From NCBI GenBank assembly GCA_015231405.1, contig JADGBR010000001.1:385762-449761 (forward strand): DNA of 64,000 nucleotides, read 5' to 3'. The position numbers were made by a program, and so were the translations under genes. How positions within the stretch are numbered: the first letter of the stretch is position 1; each line of letters opens with the position of its first letter. Below are positions 12,801 to 18,742 of the stretch, piece by piece. This DNA comes from Candidatus Omnitrophota bacterium (GTDB taxonomy: Bacteria; Omnitrophota; Gorgyraeia; Tantalellales; Tantalellaceae). The notes beneath the pieces are model-generated. The model searched no databases. It worked only from the letters and a program-made list of their open reading frames with translations, and was not told the DNA's origin.

Positions 12801-15800
12801 GAAAGGTCGAGCCGGTCAATATCGGGGTCAAAGACCTCTCCCATCCGGATATTATGACGCTTGAGGAAATGGTAGACGATTCCAAAAAGAAGAGGACAAG
12901 GAAACGCGATACAAATGTGGAGTTCAATTTCGACTTGTCTAGATTAGCGGCCGACCTTTTCGCCATAGAAGCGTCGGATGATGATGCCAGACGTAACGCG
13001 AGGTTCACCGAACAAGTGCTGATACCCTTACTTTTAGGTTTGGGCCTTGGAGGGGTAGACGCCGAAATTATCCCAAAGGTATTGGATGGATCCAGGAAAG
13101 TCGATGAGAAATTACCCGAGATCATATCTTCGATCGTCGGCATATACGGACAGCCTTTGATCGAGGTAACTGAGCTGAAAGAGGCTCTCCGAAAACTCAA
13201 ACTCTTGTACGTCGAAAAATTTAACGTTTATCTCAATGTTAACATAACGTTAAAGGATGGTTCACCTCTAATAATAATCTATCCCAAGCCTATACTTGAA
13301 AAAGTGAGTTTTCCGCAAAAAAAGTTCGAGTCGCTGGGAATGCGACAGGTCTCCTATATGACGTATTCCATGAAAAAAGAATTTCTTCTGGTGGAGGGGG
13401 GGAAAGAGGATCACGATATCTCAAAATGCGGCGGATGCGGTGGGAATGATATAACCCAACCGTCCGAATCCGATATGATCGTCGATGACGGGGATAATTA
13501 TGTTATCTACGGTACCAAAATATTGTCTCTCGAAGGGATAGCTCCTCCGGTCGAGGTGATGAAATGGTTCGCGTATACGACGATGGGATTAAAAGCAGCC
13601 GAAAATCATAGCGAATCCCTAAAAAGAGACCTTGATGACCGCTGGCATCGCGGATGGGAAGAAAGAGAAAAACGTCAGAAGGAATACCAGGAATGGAGTG
13701 CAGTATGGATCCATTCGAGGCTTTTCCCGGCCATATTATCGGACTATTCAGTCGAATATCTGCTGAATTTCTTGGGATATTATCTTCTGGAGGTAAAAGA
13801 CCCGGAAGACCAAAGTTGTGTTGTGGCTATGCAAATATATAACGCTTTTCTCTCCTATTTTAAATCTCATAACCGTCTCCCCGAAGACATGCCTAAAATA
13901 TCGGATAAATTTGACGGGAAGACGATAGCGGCTGTCTCGGATATGATCAGAAAGGAGACATCTTCCGGTATAAATAAGATAGCTGCCGGTTTTTATGAAA
14001 AATTCGGCGAGTATTTTACGGACTTAAAGGTCCCCAAAAGAAAGATGGTAGTATATAAGTCAAGACACGTCCGAGAGAATGCGCCAATTTTAGATATACT
14101 TGACGTATTCAGAGGAGCCGGCGATATAGCCCCTCCGATGGATGATGTGGAAGTTGAGTACAGGTACACGGATGATGGCATTGGCGCACCGGAAGATAAG
14201 AAAGGAACTCAGGAAAAAGAAAAAATCAGAAAGCCCTCTCGGCTTATAGATACAAAAAATAAAGATCAAAGAACCACAAAAAGCGTCATAGGACAAAAAG
14301 GCGGCGGTGTCGCTTCGCCGAAGTCAGTAATGATCAGGGATGAGATTCAGACCCTCCTGAGGATATCACCCAGGTTGACATCAAGATTCCTTTCGATATT
14401 CGCGGGACTCCCGGATATAAGAAAAATATTCTCCGATTCCGGCGACGAACTCGACATAGAGAAGATAATTACCGGAGACCTGGAGCCATTTTTTCGCAAA
14501 CGGGTCGAAAGCAAGATTGCGAAACTCGATTGCGGCATCACGATCGACATAAGCGGATCGGTCGGAGGGGAACTCGCTGAAAATTATATGAATATGGTCA
14601 GGTTATATTCATCGCTGTTCTATTACGCATCGGTCAGGAATAAGGATGTTTCATTCTCCGTGAGCAGTTTGGGTTCAACATTCAAAAAATTCATCGAGTT
14701 CGGCGACTCGAGAAAAAAAGCGGTGATAGAGCAAAAACTGGGAAAGGTCAAGCAGCTATTGTCCTCCGAAGGGACCGATATCCCCGCAGCTATCAGAGGA
14801 ATAACCGAAAAATACGCTAAAAGGACGTCGAAGAACAAGATGGAGATCGTGCTGACCGATGGCGATGACTGTTCCGGTACGCCTATCGAAAAACAAATAG
14901 AAATGATCAAAGAAGCCGAAAAGAAAGGGATCGATATAATCTTTGTAGGTATAAATACGAAAAGCGTCGCCAATTATCCTAAATATCTACTCCTCGACCA
15001 TAAACCTTCTACGGAAGAGCTTATGGACCTAATTATGAAGCTGGCTATGTTAAAGAACCGCAAAGGGATGCTTCCCGAAGGAGATATCGGGGCATGGTTC
15101 GGTAAGAGCGTTCCGATAAAAAAGGAAAAGAAAAGAACGAATGAGCCGCAATATGTAACGGCGCCATCTATTTCTCCGTTAATTATGCTGTTGGGGTGGT
15201 GGGCCTTAATTATTCCTATGATGTTCATCGCGCATGACATTGTGGTTTATCTGCTTAACAATAGCCATCAATTTACCAAATGGTTGAAAGGGCATGAAAT
15301 TATCGGCAACACGTTGAGATCACTTTGTAGTGATTATATCCTCTTGGGAAAGCGATATTATCCCAACGAGCCGGTAATGGCCGCTCCTCATTCTGCCGGA
15401 GTGAATGATCGGATCATTGCGGGAACATCGGATAATGATCGATACGCACCCGCTCGATATTTGCCTCCTGCCGGGGCGGAAGTTGTTCATAACCGGGTAA
15501 CGCCCCTGAAAAAGGACACAGCTAAGATGCATGCGAAAGCGTTAGTCGCCGCCGGGGACATATCCAGTCCTGAAATGACGGCTAAACTTATTGTAGATAA
15601 GCTCCTATCGCGCGCTATGACCGGAAAAATAGCGCTGGCCTTTGATAAGGATCTCGGGGGCCAGAATTCAACCATTATACTTTCCGTATTTGAAGAACTG
15701 GCGAGACTTAAAAAGACCAGGAAATTCAGGAGGATCCTTGAGAACGTTGAGGTCGTGATAGGTGAACCCGCGGAACTGGCGAAAAATATCGACGATCTTA

Positions 15801-16144
15801 TGACAAGAGATTTCGAGGTCTTTATGTTCGCGAGGGAAACGGAGAGGGAGCGATTCCTGAAAAAAGAAGAAGGAATGCGCGCGGTATATGTAAACGAGAG
15901 CGCTCATCCGGACATGGCATATTATCCGCTCGCGGAAATAGTGGCGATATCCCTCGCCCAGGCGTTCGACCCGAAGACGATCGAAAGGATAGGGAAAGCT
16001 TTCGAGAAACTCAATATAAGCCCGGAAAATATCAACAGGGTAACCGCTCTCGTGTTTACGCTTATCCCTGAGGCCGTTGAACTAGATAAACAGGAATATA
16101 TCCGTAGATACGCGGTTCTAAAACGGTATTTGAAAGCCGCGTAA
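812..16144 (+). CDS. Giant exported midasin-like protein: signal peptide, N-cap, helical region, six AAA+ modules, VWA/MIDAS, hydrophobic segment, C-cap (~5110 aa)
   Basis: ORF 776-16144. Start at 812 is preferred because MHKTLVKNLLNYLLILCFILEDISWA is signal-like and the ATG at 776 overlaps the -10 box. Walker A GPSGEGKT (6743), GPTGGGKS (8654), GETATAKT (12206). Walker B FLLDEG and LLIDEAN. MIDAS DISGS (14546) and LTDG. Ends YLKAA. Confidence 0.9.
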   Translation: MHKTLVKNLLNYLLILCFILEDISWAFEIEPSIRISSNNLQVQTPFKPISDEDIGMTLRLKALIKAALSYINQEVKIDDELIADFDSCLSPADGMKHLWEPVTLDGNDISWARFNYLLDFTDHGTSISGKRKEGINWVIDCSIGKGDEFWEYEAVITPDKSVYLRIPGTDDYIGERPGQTQGDSKRKGEDPYFGEGQGLLGTMTSDVAYSVSKRDYLWEYPRAENILPELNRLFPLDKIKAVLGADIERIKVVFQIFRKDDTAAEFPGKEIFAEMIYPYSGSNQFAIIFTEKAYHLFMEAFKDDLEPLLKAMMFHLYSEFYCRKPRHIAYLMAIQKYPAEMARLAKVFPELRFEIKEDIRTDILEATGFKGDHKAEKTFDLMMSKGLANNKNSLEIKALFGTVRFIKTERRCSTDKAFDCLGKLINAGSVTKDNIDKVNEFFLKVTERMDYSGDWMLDEVMRFINKIERKKLDRSAIGMEFLSFISEHDEHTATSSFRVAGIMAESGIVNKSNMHKVKELINCLSGSFGFGSLDHKALFKALGRAKLLSPDRFGEIHALLIQLFSYKTGTRDWPDGYRSEKTRAIIRLAKKIGDGKLNVQASDLKWLIRTISGMRHSVSVYNVVDIMAVFWETGIAGKKDHGKLSKLFRRMDSLPILDEDRDRGDGNPYKSLIKLAEDTLAGRIHKEQVDLDMLIHLCRDDWSVDSKQEMYRKMLVLGLTEGLGKREIKVVLDKFSDDYWGISPNLDEMLVNKEKYRLDLPEPRLFVRLVKTIPGNISKAMNYISILTGIPGYNFSNCGDLAELLELTKTAVDRFQGQNAFEDAIYYAKKVRDEHLPADAIDHSIVMKLYRRTHKNGDEDTRLRNQFSILGSAAAIGLDIRAGYDELAEFHDMFGSRFEEQSEHALSVYVRSVIDEKLDRSLVDIKFLKVLFGNVSHSYIDSAISEILKTARRIKIGELPGGPLKNGMLLGLGELSSNYHVNVFTTFEPLLEALKKGDIRPGLLSPDLFLSIEADTGANKTYAALLFKTLAETGALKNVSKARIKKYFREAGKSINSWDDWNSLDHIASMASSLYHDDKKGVFELLGKLAKNYSGSMSVLKEPFSTLRNQLMRIEPEKRKDIKDLVMRILQHPDSNPGKALVTIGAFINFSIISTGDASNIQCFLDNIMKMETDRGEAWEILTELAEMGVLHDENIGDHIALYEKLALVEGPAAKGLLHYVRALKNLDIGSLMMDLELLTLIAGAGVRNVSTLYDNLGPVIVAYSETSGNVGCDEFLRTLKEGISDIINKGAGEDAILEFLIALRKDSSHILASAVDAVSRSGSAITTYEGYKYLLPDELRHIALDPSIEERIALINDTNFMNGDNPVYLYLLMRKESPAADELSWEVFSGILRDGKTFNSYYTASVLKFIQKAVFHAEAELEPEQQEEIIKLSIALHKSFLEIAGKSADQGAPVVTFRELVRFNVDFSKFYLKEEGLKNVFEILILTSYNIYGRVVTDAGKKNEFIEKLSETLRSKKYKKLLIEGQRDSITIRGNLSQLIERIIDYGHYSKLDNEPGQNDIPIETSLRAFIKRTEEVHRPELMILDDENTIFFQNMIEKLSSEPDRVIIPVYMNAFTKRQDLFGKYVPKEPMKLEDAARIIELTGNYDLVTAISNVLGIDRVRANEYLLKMNDPDTRIEENVITAIAASIKSGPLWRENLVWEDGILIRIVKAAAKNRKKKFTLLFQNIDACPDEVRVELNPVLWENMIEIPGGSGKMDITPNLNFLFTMHEGSHIQDPAFMDRPLVHKIMNVSDKDIVTYIKNEARLGGAVLERLMMFYRAVKDPANGIDIEAGLNDLIEIAKRISGRAVEYGEKDSDIMDEEIYRYLSLKTPDKGSKEKLWRMISPRRRIFKWKPPVSDMEVKNGSIIFNGVGVKLSEGTMLKWGLSPNGNVNKKSVMKMLLDHSGYTVTDTEIDIFAQLARAMKYGAKAIQLVGPSGEGKTEIAKVFSNIIGYGLNERTVNQDTDLADIRGEVRQDENGKYYLHEPEYIKSIDKEGHVFLVNEVNTGNNGGLYNWYFPEISGATFKPLNEFPPMDGSLDRSRTINRDNLWIFTANPDTTSGREKTPGRVSAHLTNFYMATDPKDIGPICRDLFKKDSLNKYVKKGRILARVHRKFYDLKLSGAYRGDQDVTRRELISVRDKFEAYINDKIEPDTAFRQALYEVYVYGWRSLIDGKLARTTLGPMVRTGELLSMDVSLKACLKDPKKPVIFFNDSATTGFDPGKAIAGMFPDANVKNVVLSYFHRKRQLLGGFVPYDSPDKDDKEMPDELKHRFMRGLGILPKMIEEARFDRNRKKFMVLRNYTRLNSRVAPIMNEFLQTRHIAEMEDIVDERTAYQLRSKLIDRNMFDEVYGEFLEKNNGIERDKEITRETAMRLARWFYSNAPDNLYIVAEGTSSGESDLGPPEINRFNAWNTSIEIDDKWIDGYLDGKISGYLEPFKDVIKDAVKRIFYLYDFEATCGDNEYNRMSVRDIDNFIEVLRAQATLDDKTIKETAYYAMASGLRTKYLEGLKDMVPEIKDPADHIKKIRARRGGYLSTDPEYEHLADTEKLARLYMSFNMAFSASRTVILEGPTGGGKSSAARDIAKRMGLPFYEILMYDDIDPGDFLGRMTKSGKEFILTCDTEKRRLLIPFLKAYTKGGVFLLDEGAMGLQSKEVITFLTTLAELGEIDLNDHHPYAVGKLDILTRHPDFHLVIAQNPGGETMGRTELSYEAMSSAFKIWVDNFITRADSLRMIDHYLGDLSSNVEKKDKAVISGIYESFYKKHPEDGSISPRQLITSVKVIKKLLEEGINFKKAIIQGMIISYMPNMSEDEYVSLKNEIVSMIDKLIGDDDRPGYNDAIRSTFEQWEMTADVKNSDGILSLNGLVLPYSPGGSNVDPKTIKITEDLASFNKVIKHMAWGIALDKPVALLEEDGADSLDIVKKFSLITGYDMHVLWSHDEMRKMHLVSGILPKFGKVLDKYGVKSKDISEDFKQGLGFLLEHIETEEDYLKMKGGVKKKHKILFFNFMDAIPERQRVLLNEILTTKKLSVEDENGEIINYRLPEWVHIVVSCPLEHRFSSAFVNRFIPVRLSPVTDMEELRQIIPKRFPLVRDEELEWIREVALSAYKFNKAGGFNRNYGFAPNDIEKLALRIQIEKQKDIEINSFNRNPLHYMTKAVYLNYIRGIEDTNDRERFENEIFVHPFLETSVFIERKFGAKIDTSGNVNLSADEISRYLNIGIDINKLKVPADELAEHKRNIDILAKRFGKGSQLLRETMNQTDSRGLRAASVYRKLSVEFINNAALADIYRLEITPREGSETVKIIVAISRRPKAAVPEYDANKEFNNLRELYHALPKNTAKPLSYAEEEKNGDVYTIVCTESLENHGSPHIVFSGGDHRVLSIAEIGNDNGKGDHFMNEDYLAFLQDLIGLQMDAFEKASKILDPRTISGDIMYPFLIENQPKGSDYHLNADLAFRTVAYEGAKPLKITSADRLRDGNKKDLITSIFKTHQVINCEGGCRKNEEDMPIPVYDNLYAFYMFLEKKHPGNGMIELLDLLKYYNEDMTCYGKDPELARIFETVMTDPDRILKAGEKRSPLYSVNFMNLSLLKPDVDMIYRDMKKVIEDELSQVKRDTFDIVKVDIGSIPYNKAISPKPGIEILRNDDNYIIRTPAKRYLVPLSEFGERRELSPYLNIWKKDNDMMLEFRLISSIGGVELKRDEINKSNSLPETEVATSEYIYNTDEINMMTSALLRSWEPVIDGAGRLILPRVVLLDGETATAKTTRIRNLARIWGSDLYILNSFHDISVADTTVKLSVEKSKVKLSVREFLARLGTVNGQRVEIKGKKTSSRSILLIDEANACPELFTALMPIFLGEKKFSFNYAGETFNVEIDDEVMVVLTFNPPDTYSGRGFFLEKLLFLSDKLWAPDPMTLPDHIIAGILGEYHRRGVTKKDAVLTAEDQGSPEERIESSYRKVEPVNIGVKDLSHPDIMTLEEMVDDSKKKRTRKRDTNVEFNFDLSRLAADLFAIEASDDDARRNARFTEQVLIPLLLGLGLGGVDAEIIPKVLDGSRKVDEKLPEIISSIVGIYGQPLIEVTELKEALRKLKLLYVEKFNVYLNVNITLKDGSPLIIIYPKPILEKVSFPQKKFESLGMRQVSYMTYSMKKEFLLVEGGKEDHDISKCGGCGGNDITQPSESDMIVDDGDNYVIYGTKILSLEGIAPPVEVMKWFAYTTMGLKAAENHSESLKRDLDDRWHRGWEEREKRQKEYQEWSAVWIHSRLFPAILSDYSVEYLLNFLGYYLLEVKDPEDQSCVVAMQIYNAFLSYFKSHNRLPEDMPKISDKFDGKTIAAVSDMIRKETSSGINKIAAGFYEKFGEYFTDLKVPKRKMVVYKSRHVRENAPILDILDVFRGAGDIAPPMDDVEVEYRYTDDGIGAPEDKKGTQEKEKIRKPSRLIDTKNKDQRTTKSVIGQKGGGVASPKSVMIRDEIQTLLRISPRLTSRFLSIFAGLPDIRKIFSDSGDELDIEKIITGDLEPFFRKRVESKIAKLDCGITIDISGSVGGELAENYMNMVRLYSSLFYYASVRNKDVSFSVSSLGSTFKKFIEFGDSRKKAVIEQKLGKVKQLLSSEGTDIPAAIRGITEKYAKRTSKNKMEIVLTDGDDCSGTPIEKQIEMIKEAEKKGIDIIFVGINTKSVANYPKYLLLDHKPSTEELMDLIMKLAMLKNRKGMLPEGDIGAWFGKSVPIKKEKKRTNEPQYVTAPSISPLIMLLGWWALIIPMMFIAHDIVVYLLNNSHQFTKWLKGHEIIGNTLRSLCSDYILLGKRYYPNEPVMAAPHSAGVNDRIIAGTSDNDRYAPARYLPPAGAEVVHNRVTPLKKDTAKMHAKALVAAGDISSPEMTAKLIVDKLLSRAMTGKIALAFDKDLGGQNSTIILSVFEELARLKKTRKFRRILENVEVVIGEPAELAKNIDDLMTRDFEVFMFARETERERFLKKEEGMRAVYVNESAHPDMAYYPLAEIVAISLAQAFDPKTIERIGKAFEKLNISPENINRVTALVFTLIPEAVELDKQEYIRRYAVLKRYLKAA

Positions 16145-16189
16145 TGTAAAAGATCAAGGAGCGATTATGTAAGTTGGAGCCGAAAGCTC

Positions 16190-16939
16190 ATGAAAAAGAA
16201 AAACGCGATAAAGATAGCCGTTAAACTTATCTCGGCGTTCCTTGTGACCGTACAACTCGGCGAGGAAGTACCCTCGGCCGAGCCCGTGACTTACATGAAC
16301 CGTCCTTCCGGAGAGACCCTTGCCGTCGAGTCCATTTTTACAGGAGGCGATGAGGCGAAGCAGATTGAGATAAAGCTGGCTTTACTTATCAGGCTTATAA
16401 AAGAGGATAACATGAGGTTCAAGGATTTTAAATATAAAATACCCCCTTGCGGGAACGGTATAAGCTACGTTATAGATCTTGAGAATAAAACCGGCGGCAC
16501 GGGGAAAAGGTCGTGGGATGTTCCGTGTATGATCACTGACGATAGAGGCGGGTTGCAATTAAATGTTAAGGCCCTTGTTAAGGGTGACGGCGAGGTAAGC
16601 ATAGTTTATCCATGGGAAGCGGAAAAAGGTACCCCTTCGGTCGTAACGGACATAAGTCCGGACAAACTGTCAAAACCTTCAAACGGCGCCTCTTCGGCGG
16701 TTGTTTTAGAAGGAACATCGACAGGACAAAGCTGGGTTAAAAATTTCATCTATAAAGCGTTAACTCCTTCCAATATGCGTATAATTGTCGTGATAATCGC
16801 GACGACAGTATTCGGGATCCTGGCCAATACGTCATTCCCATGGGTTCTCAAAGCGCCGTATTTTGTCAATACCGCTATATATTTCTTCCTAAGCGAACTT
16901 ATATCCCAAACATACGAACGCATTAAAATAATGCAGTAA
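16190..16939 (+). CDS. N-terminal fragment of the split capped protein (signal peptide, N-cap, first TM helices)
   Basis: 249-aa ORF with signal peptide MKKKNAIKIAVKLISAFLVTVQLG. YVIDL..GKRSWDVPCMI resembles YLLDF..GKRKEGINWVIDCSI of the upstream giant protein. Confidence 0.55.
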   Translation: MKKKNAIKIAVKLISAFLVTVQLGEEVPSAEPVTYMNRPSGETLAVESIFTGGDEAKQIEIKLALLIRLIKEDNMRFKDFKYKIPPCGNGISYVIDLENKTGGTGKRSWDVPCMITDDRGGLQLNVKALVKGDGEVSIVYPWEAEKGTPSVVTDISPDKLSKPSNGASSAVVLEGTSTGQSWVKNFIYKALTPSNMRIIVVIIATTVFGILANTSFPWVLKAPYFVNTAIYFFLSELISQTYERIKIMQ

Positions 16940-16972
16940 AAAGGCGTATGGAAACCCTATGAATGGGATAGA

Positions 16973-18415
16973 ATGGCGATTGTCGCGATCTTATGCGGAG
17001 CATTTTTCGGGGTAGTATGGGACCTGCTATATAAGGGATATCTGGGATTTATCCCTAACGATACACTCGCCGGGAAAATGATAAGGCCATACATGGATAT
17101 GTCCAGCGCTACGATCCTTTCCGTTCTATGGCCGTTTTTTCTTCTCGGTTTTTGTGAAAAGTATAAAGCCAAAAGGCCAGAGGGTGTAACGTTAAGGAAA
17201 TACGCCGTCGATACGGTCAAGGCTATCTGGAACGAGAAAAAAGATAATTTCGTCAAAACGATAGTAGCCTGCTGGCTGATATGGTATCCGCTGCAATTGT
17301 GGAATATTAACAGGATAGCCGGCTCCGGTGATATGGTCTCGGCCATCGCGGTATTTGAGCTCCCCTGGGCTATTTTCTGGATACTCCTCGCGGGTTTTAA
17401 GGGTGCCGATAAAAGTTATGGGTCCCTGCCGGGTCGAATCGCGTCTTTCGGGGTAGGTTCATTTATCGGTTTCTTTATGCTTAGGATAGGTGTTTTGTAC
17501 GGTATATTAGGTTTCGTCGACCCTTTTTTGAATATCCTGGCACCGGTTTCAGGGCTGATCGCGATATGGATATCAGAAAACTATCCCTGGCAAAAAAAGT
17601 CCGATGCCGAACCTGAAAATAAGATCTCTCCGGGAGTTCTAGCGGAGAGCTCATCGCTTAGCCCTATTCCCGATAGCCCCGATGATAGACCCGCCGAGGA
17701 ACTAATGACGGATCCGGATAATGCCGGTAAAAAGCGGATATTATTCGATTACCTTGAAAAGTCCTCCGGCCCGGATGCCAGGAATATCTCCGATCCGGAA
17801 GAGGTGGCAAAAGGGCTTATCGAAACCGTAATTTCGAAGTTATTGGAAAAAGACCGTAAAATTGTCATAGCTGTGCATCACGACATAAACGCCGCACAAA
17901 CCGAAGATATCGCCGGGCTATTGAGAACGTTCACAAGACTAAAGGGTTCGAGGGGTTTCAGGGAATTAATGAGCGATCTAGTGATAATACCTTCTTTTAC
18001 CTCCGGCGCGGACCTTGAGGAACAGCTAAAAAGGAATAATGTCGACTCGTTAAAGAAAGACGACGTGATCTTTACTTTCAATCCATCAATTAAGAATAAC
18101 GTCATATCTGTCTCCCAGGGTTCTATTATTCCGGTATTCATCGATGATAATGCTGTAAAAGGGGGAGGGTGGTACTATCCCCTCGCGGAAATAATACTAA
18201 TTACACTGATGAAATACCACTTGAATAGAACGGCGGAACAGCTAAAAGACATTTTCGGTCCAACGGCCCTGTCCGGGGACAATATCGGAGATATCATGGA
18301 CTCCGGCACAGAGGCTTATCTCATATTCACCATCTTGCCTAAAACCGAAAAGTATCCGCCGGGAGAAAGGGTAGACAGGTGCGCGAGGATAAAACAATTC
18401 CTCATGGCCGCTTAA
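16973..18415 (+). CDS. C-terminal fragment of the split capped protein (Mpv17/PMP22-like TM region plus C-cap)
   Basis: 480-aa ORF with several TM helices including ACWLIWYPLQLWN. YYPLAEI and terminal FLMAA match the upstream giant protein (YYPLAEI, YLKAA). Confidence 0.6.
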   Translation: MAIVAILCGAFFGVVWDLLYKGYLGFIPNDTLAGKMIRPYMDMSSATILSVLWPFFLLGFCEKYKAKRPEGVTLRKYAVDTVKAIWNEKKDNFVKTIVACWLIWYPLQLWNINRIAGSGDMVSAIAVFELPWAIFWILLAGFKGADKSYGSLPGRIASFGVGSFIGFFMLRIGVLYGILGFVDPFLNILAPVSGLIAIWISENYPWQKKSDAEPENKISPGVLAESSSLSPIPDSPDDRPAEELMTDPDNAGKKRILFDYLEKSSGPDARNISDPEEVAKGLIETVISKLLEKDRKIVIAVHHDINAAQTEDIAGLLRTFTRLKGSRGFRELMSDLVIIPSFTSGADLEEQLKRNNVDSLKKDDVIFTFNPSIKNNVISVSQGSIIPVFIDDNAVKGGGWYYPLAEIILITLMKYHLNRTAEQLKDIFGPTALSGDNIGDIMDSGTEAYLIFTILPKTEKYPPGERVDRCARIKQFLMAA

Positions 18416-18485
18416 CGTTGAAATATCGATAGTGAAAATAAATGAAACACGGCTATTATGAAGTGTTAATGCGTTTATTGACGAT

Positions 18486-18641
18486 GGCGTAAATGAGATG
18501 GGAACCTTCTACCGGCACGAAAGCGAACTTCTAGTTCAGCTTGTGGCCTGCATTGCTATATTTGCAAGGTCCACGCACAAGGCTACTTCGGGAGGTGGGA
18601 CAGGCAAAGTGCCGTACGAAGAACCCCATCTCCTTTACGCC
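18486..18641. ncRNA. Candidate structured RNA or non-coding element of unknown family
   Basis: Nested complementary segments: GGCGTAAA/TTTACGCC, GAGATGGG/CCCATCTC, CGGCAC/GTGCCG, CTTGTG/CACAAG, plus a GAAC/GTTC hairpin. Lies in an intergenic gap. Confidence 0.45.
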
Positions 18642-18742
18642 CTCACCTCTGGCGCGAATATATCCAAGGGTATGTAAAATGATGACAACACACACAATGT
18701 ATAATATACTCAGAGATGTTTGAATAATGATCTTGGAGGAAT

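Larger units (their letters stand above)
16190..18415 (+). pseudogene. Single capped exported membrane-protein gene (Mpv17/PMP22-like cargo) interrupted by an in-frame TAA at 16937-16939
   Basis: ORFs 16190-16939 and 16973-18415 are in the same frame and the linker reads Q*KGVWKPYEWDR-M. The N- and C-terminal parts resemble the termini of the 812-16144 protein. Confidence 0.75.

Noticed and set aside
16937-16939. Stop-codon reassignment or programmed readthrough
   Set aside because: TAA is the true terminator of neighbouring genes with conserved C-termini (16144, 18415, 43686), and it is not the Sec or Pyl codon. A nonsense mutation or sequence error is simpler.
18568-18615. c-di-GMP-I riboswitch (GGTCCACGCAC..GTGGGAC..GCAAAG resemblance)
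   Set aside because: The GNRA-capped P2 and the P3 stem cannot be built, and the segment is instead embedded in a larger closing stem.
18541-18723. 60-aa ORF
   Set aside because: TTG start without RBS, overlapping the structured element and the promoter region of the next gene.
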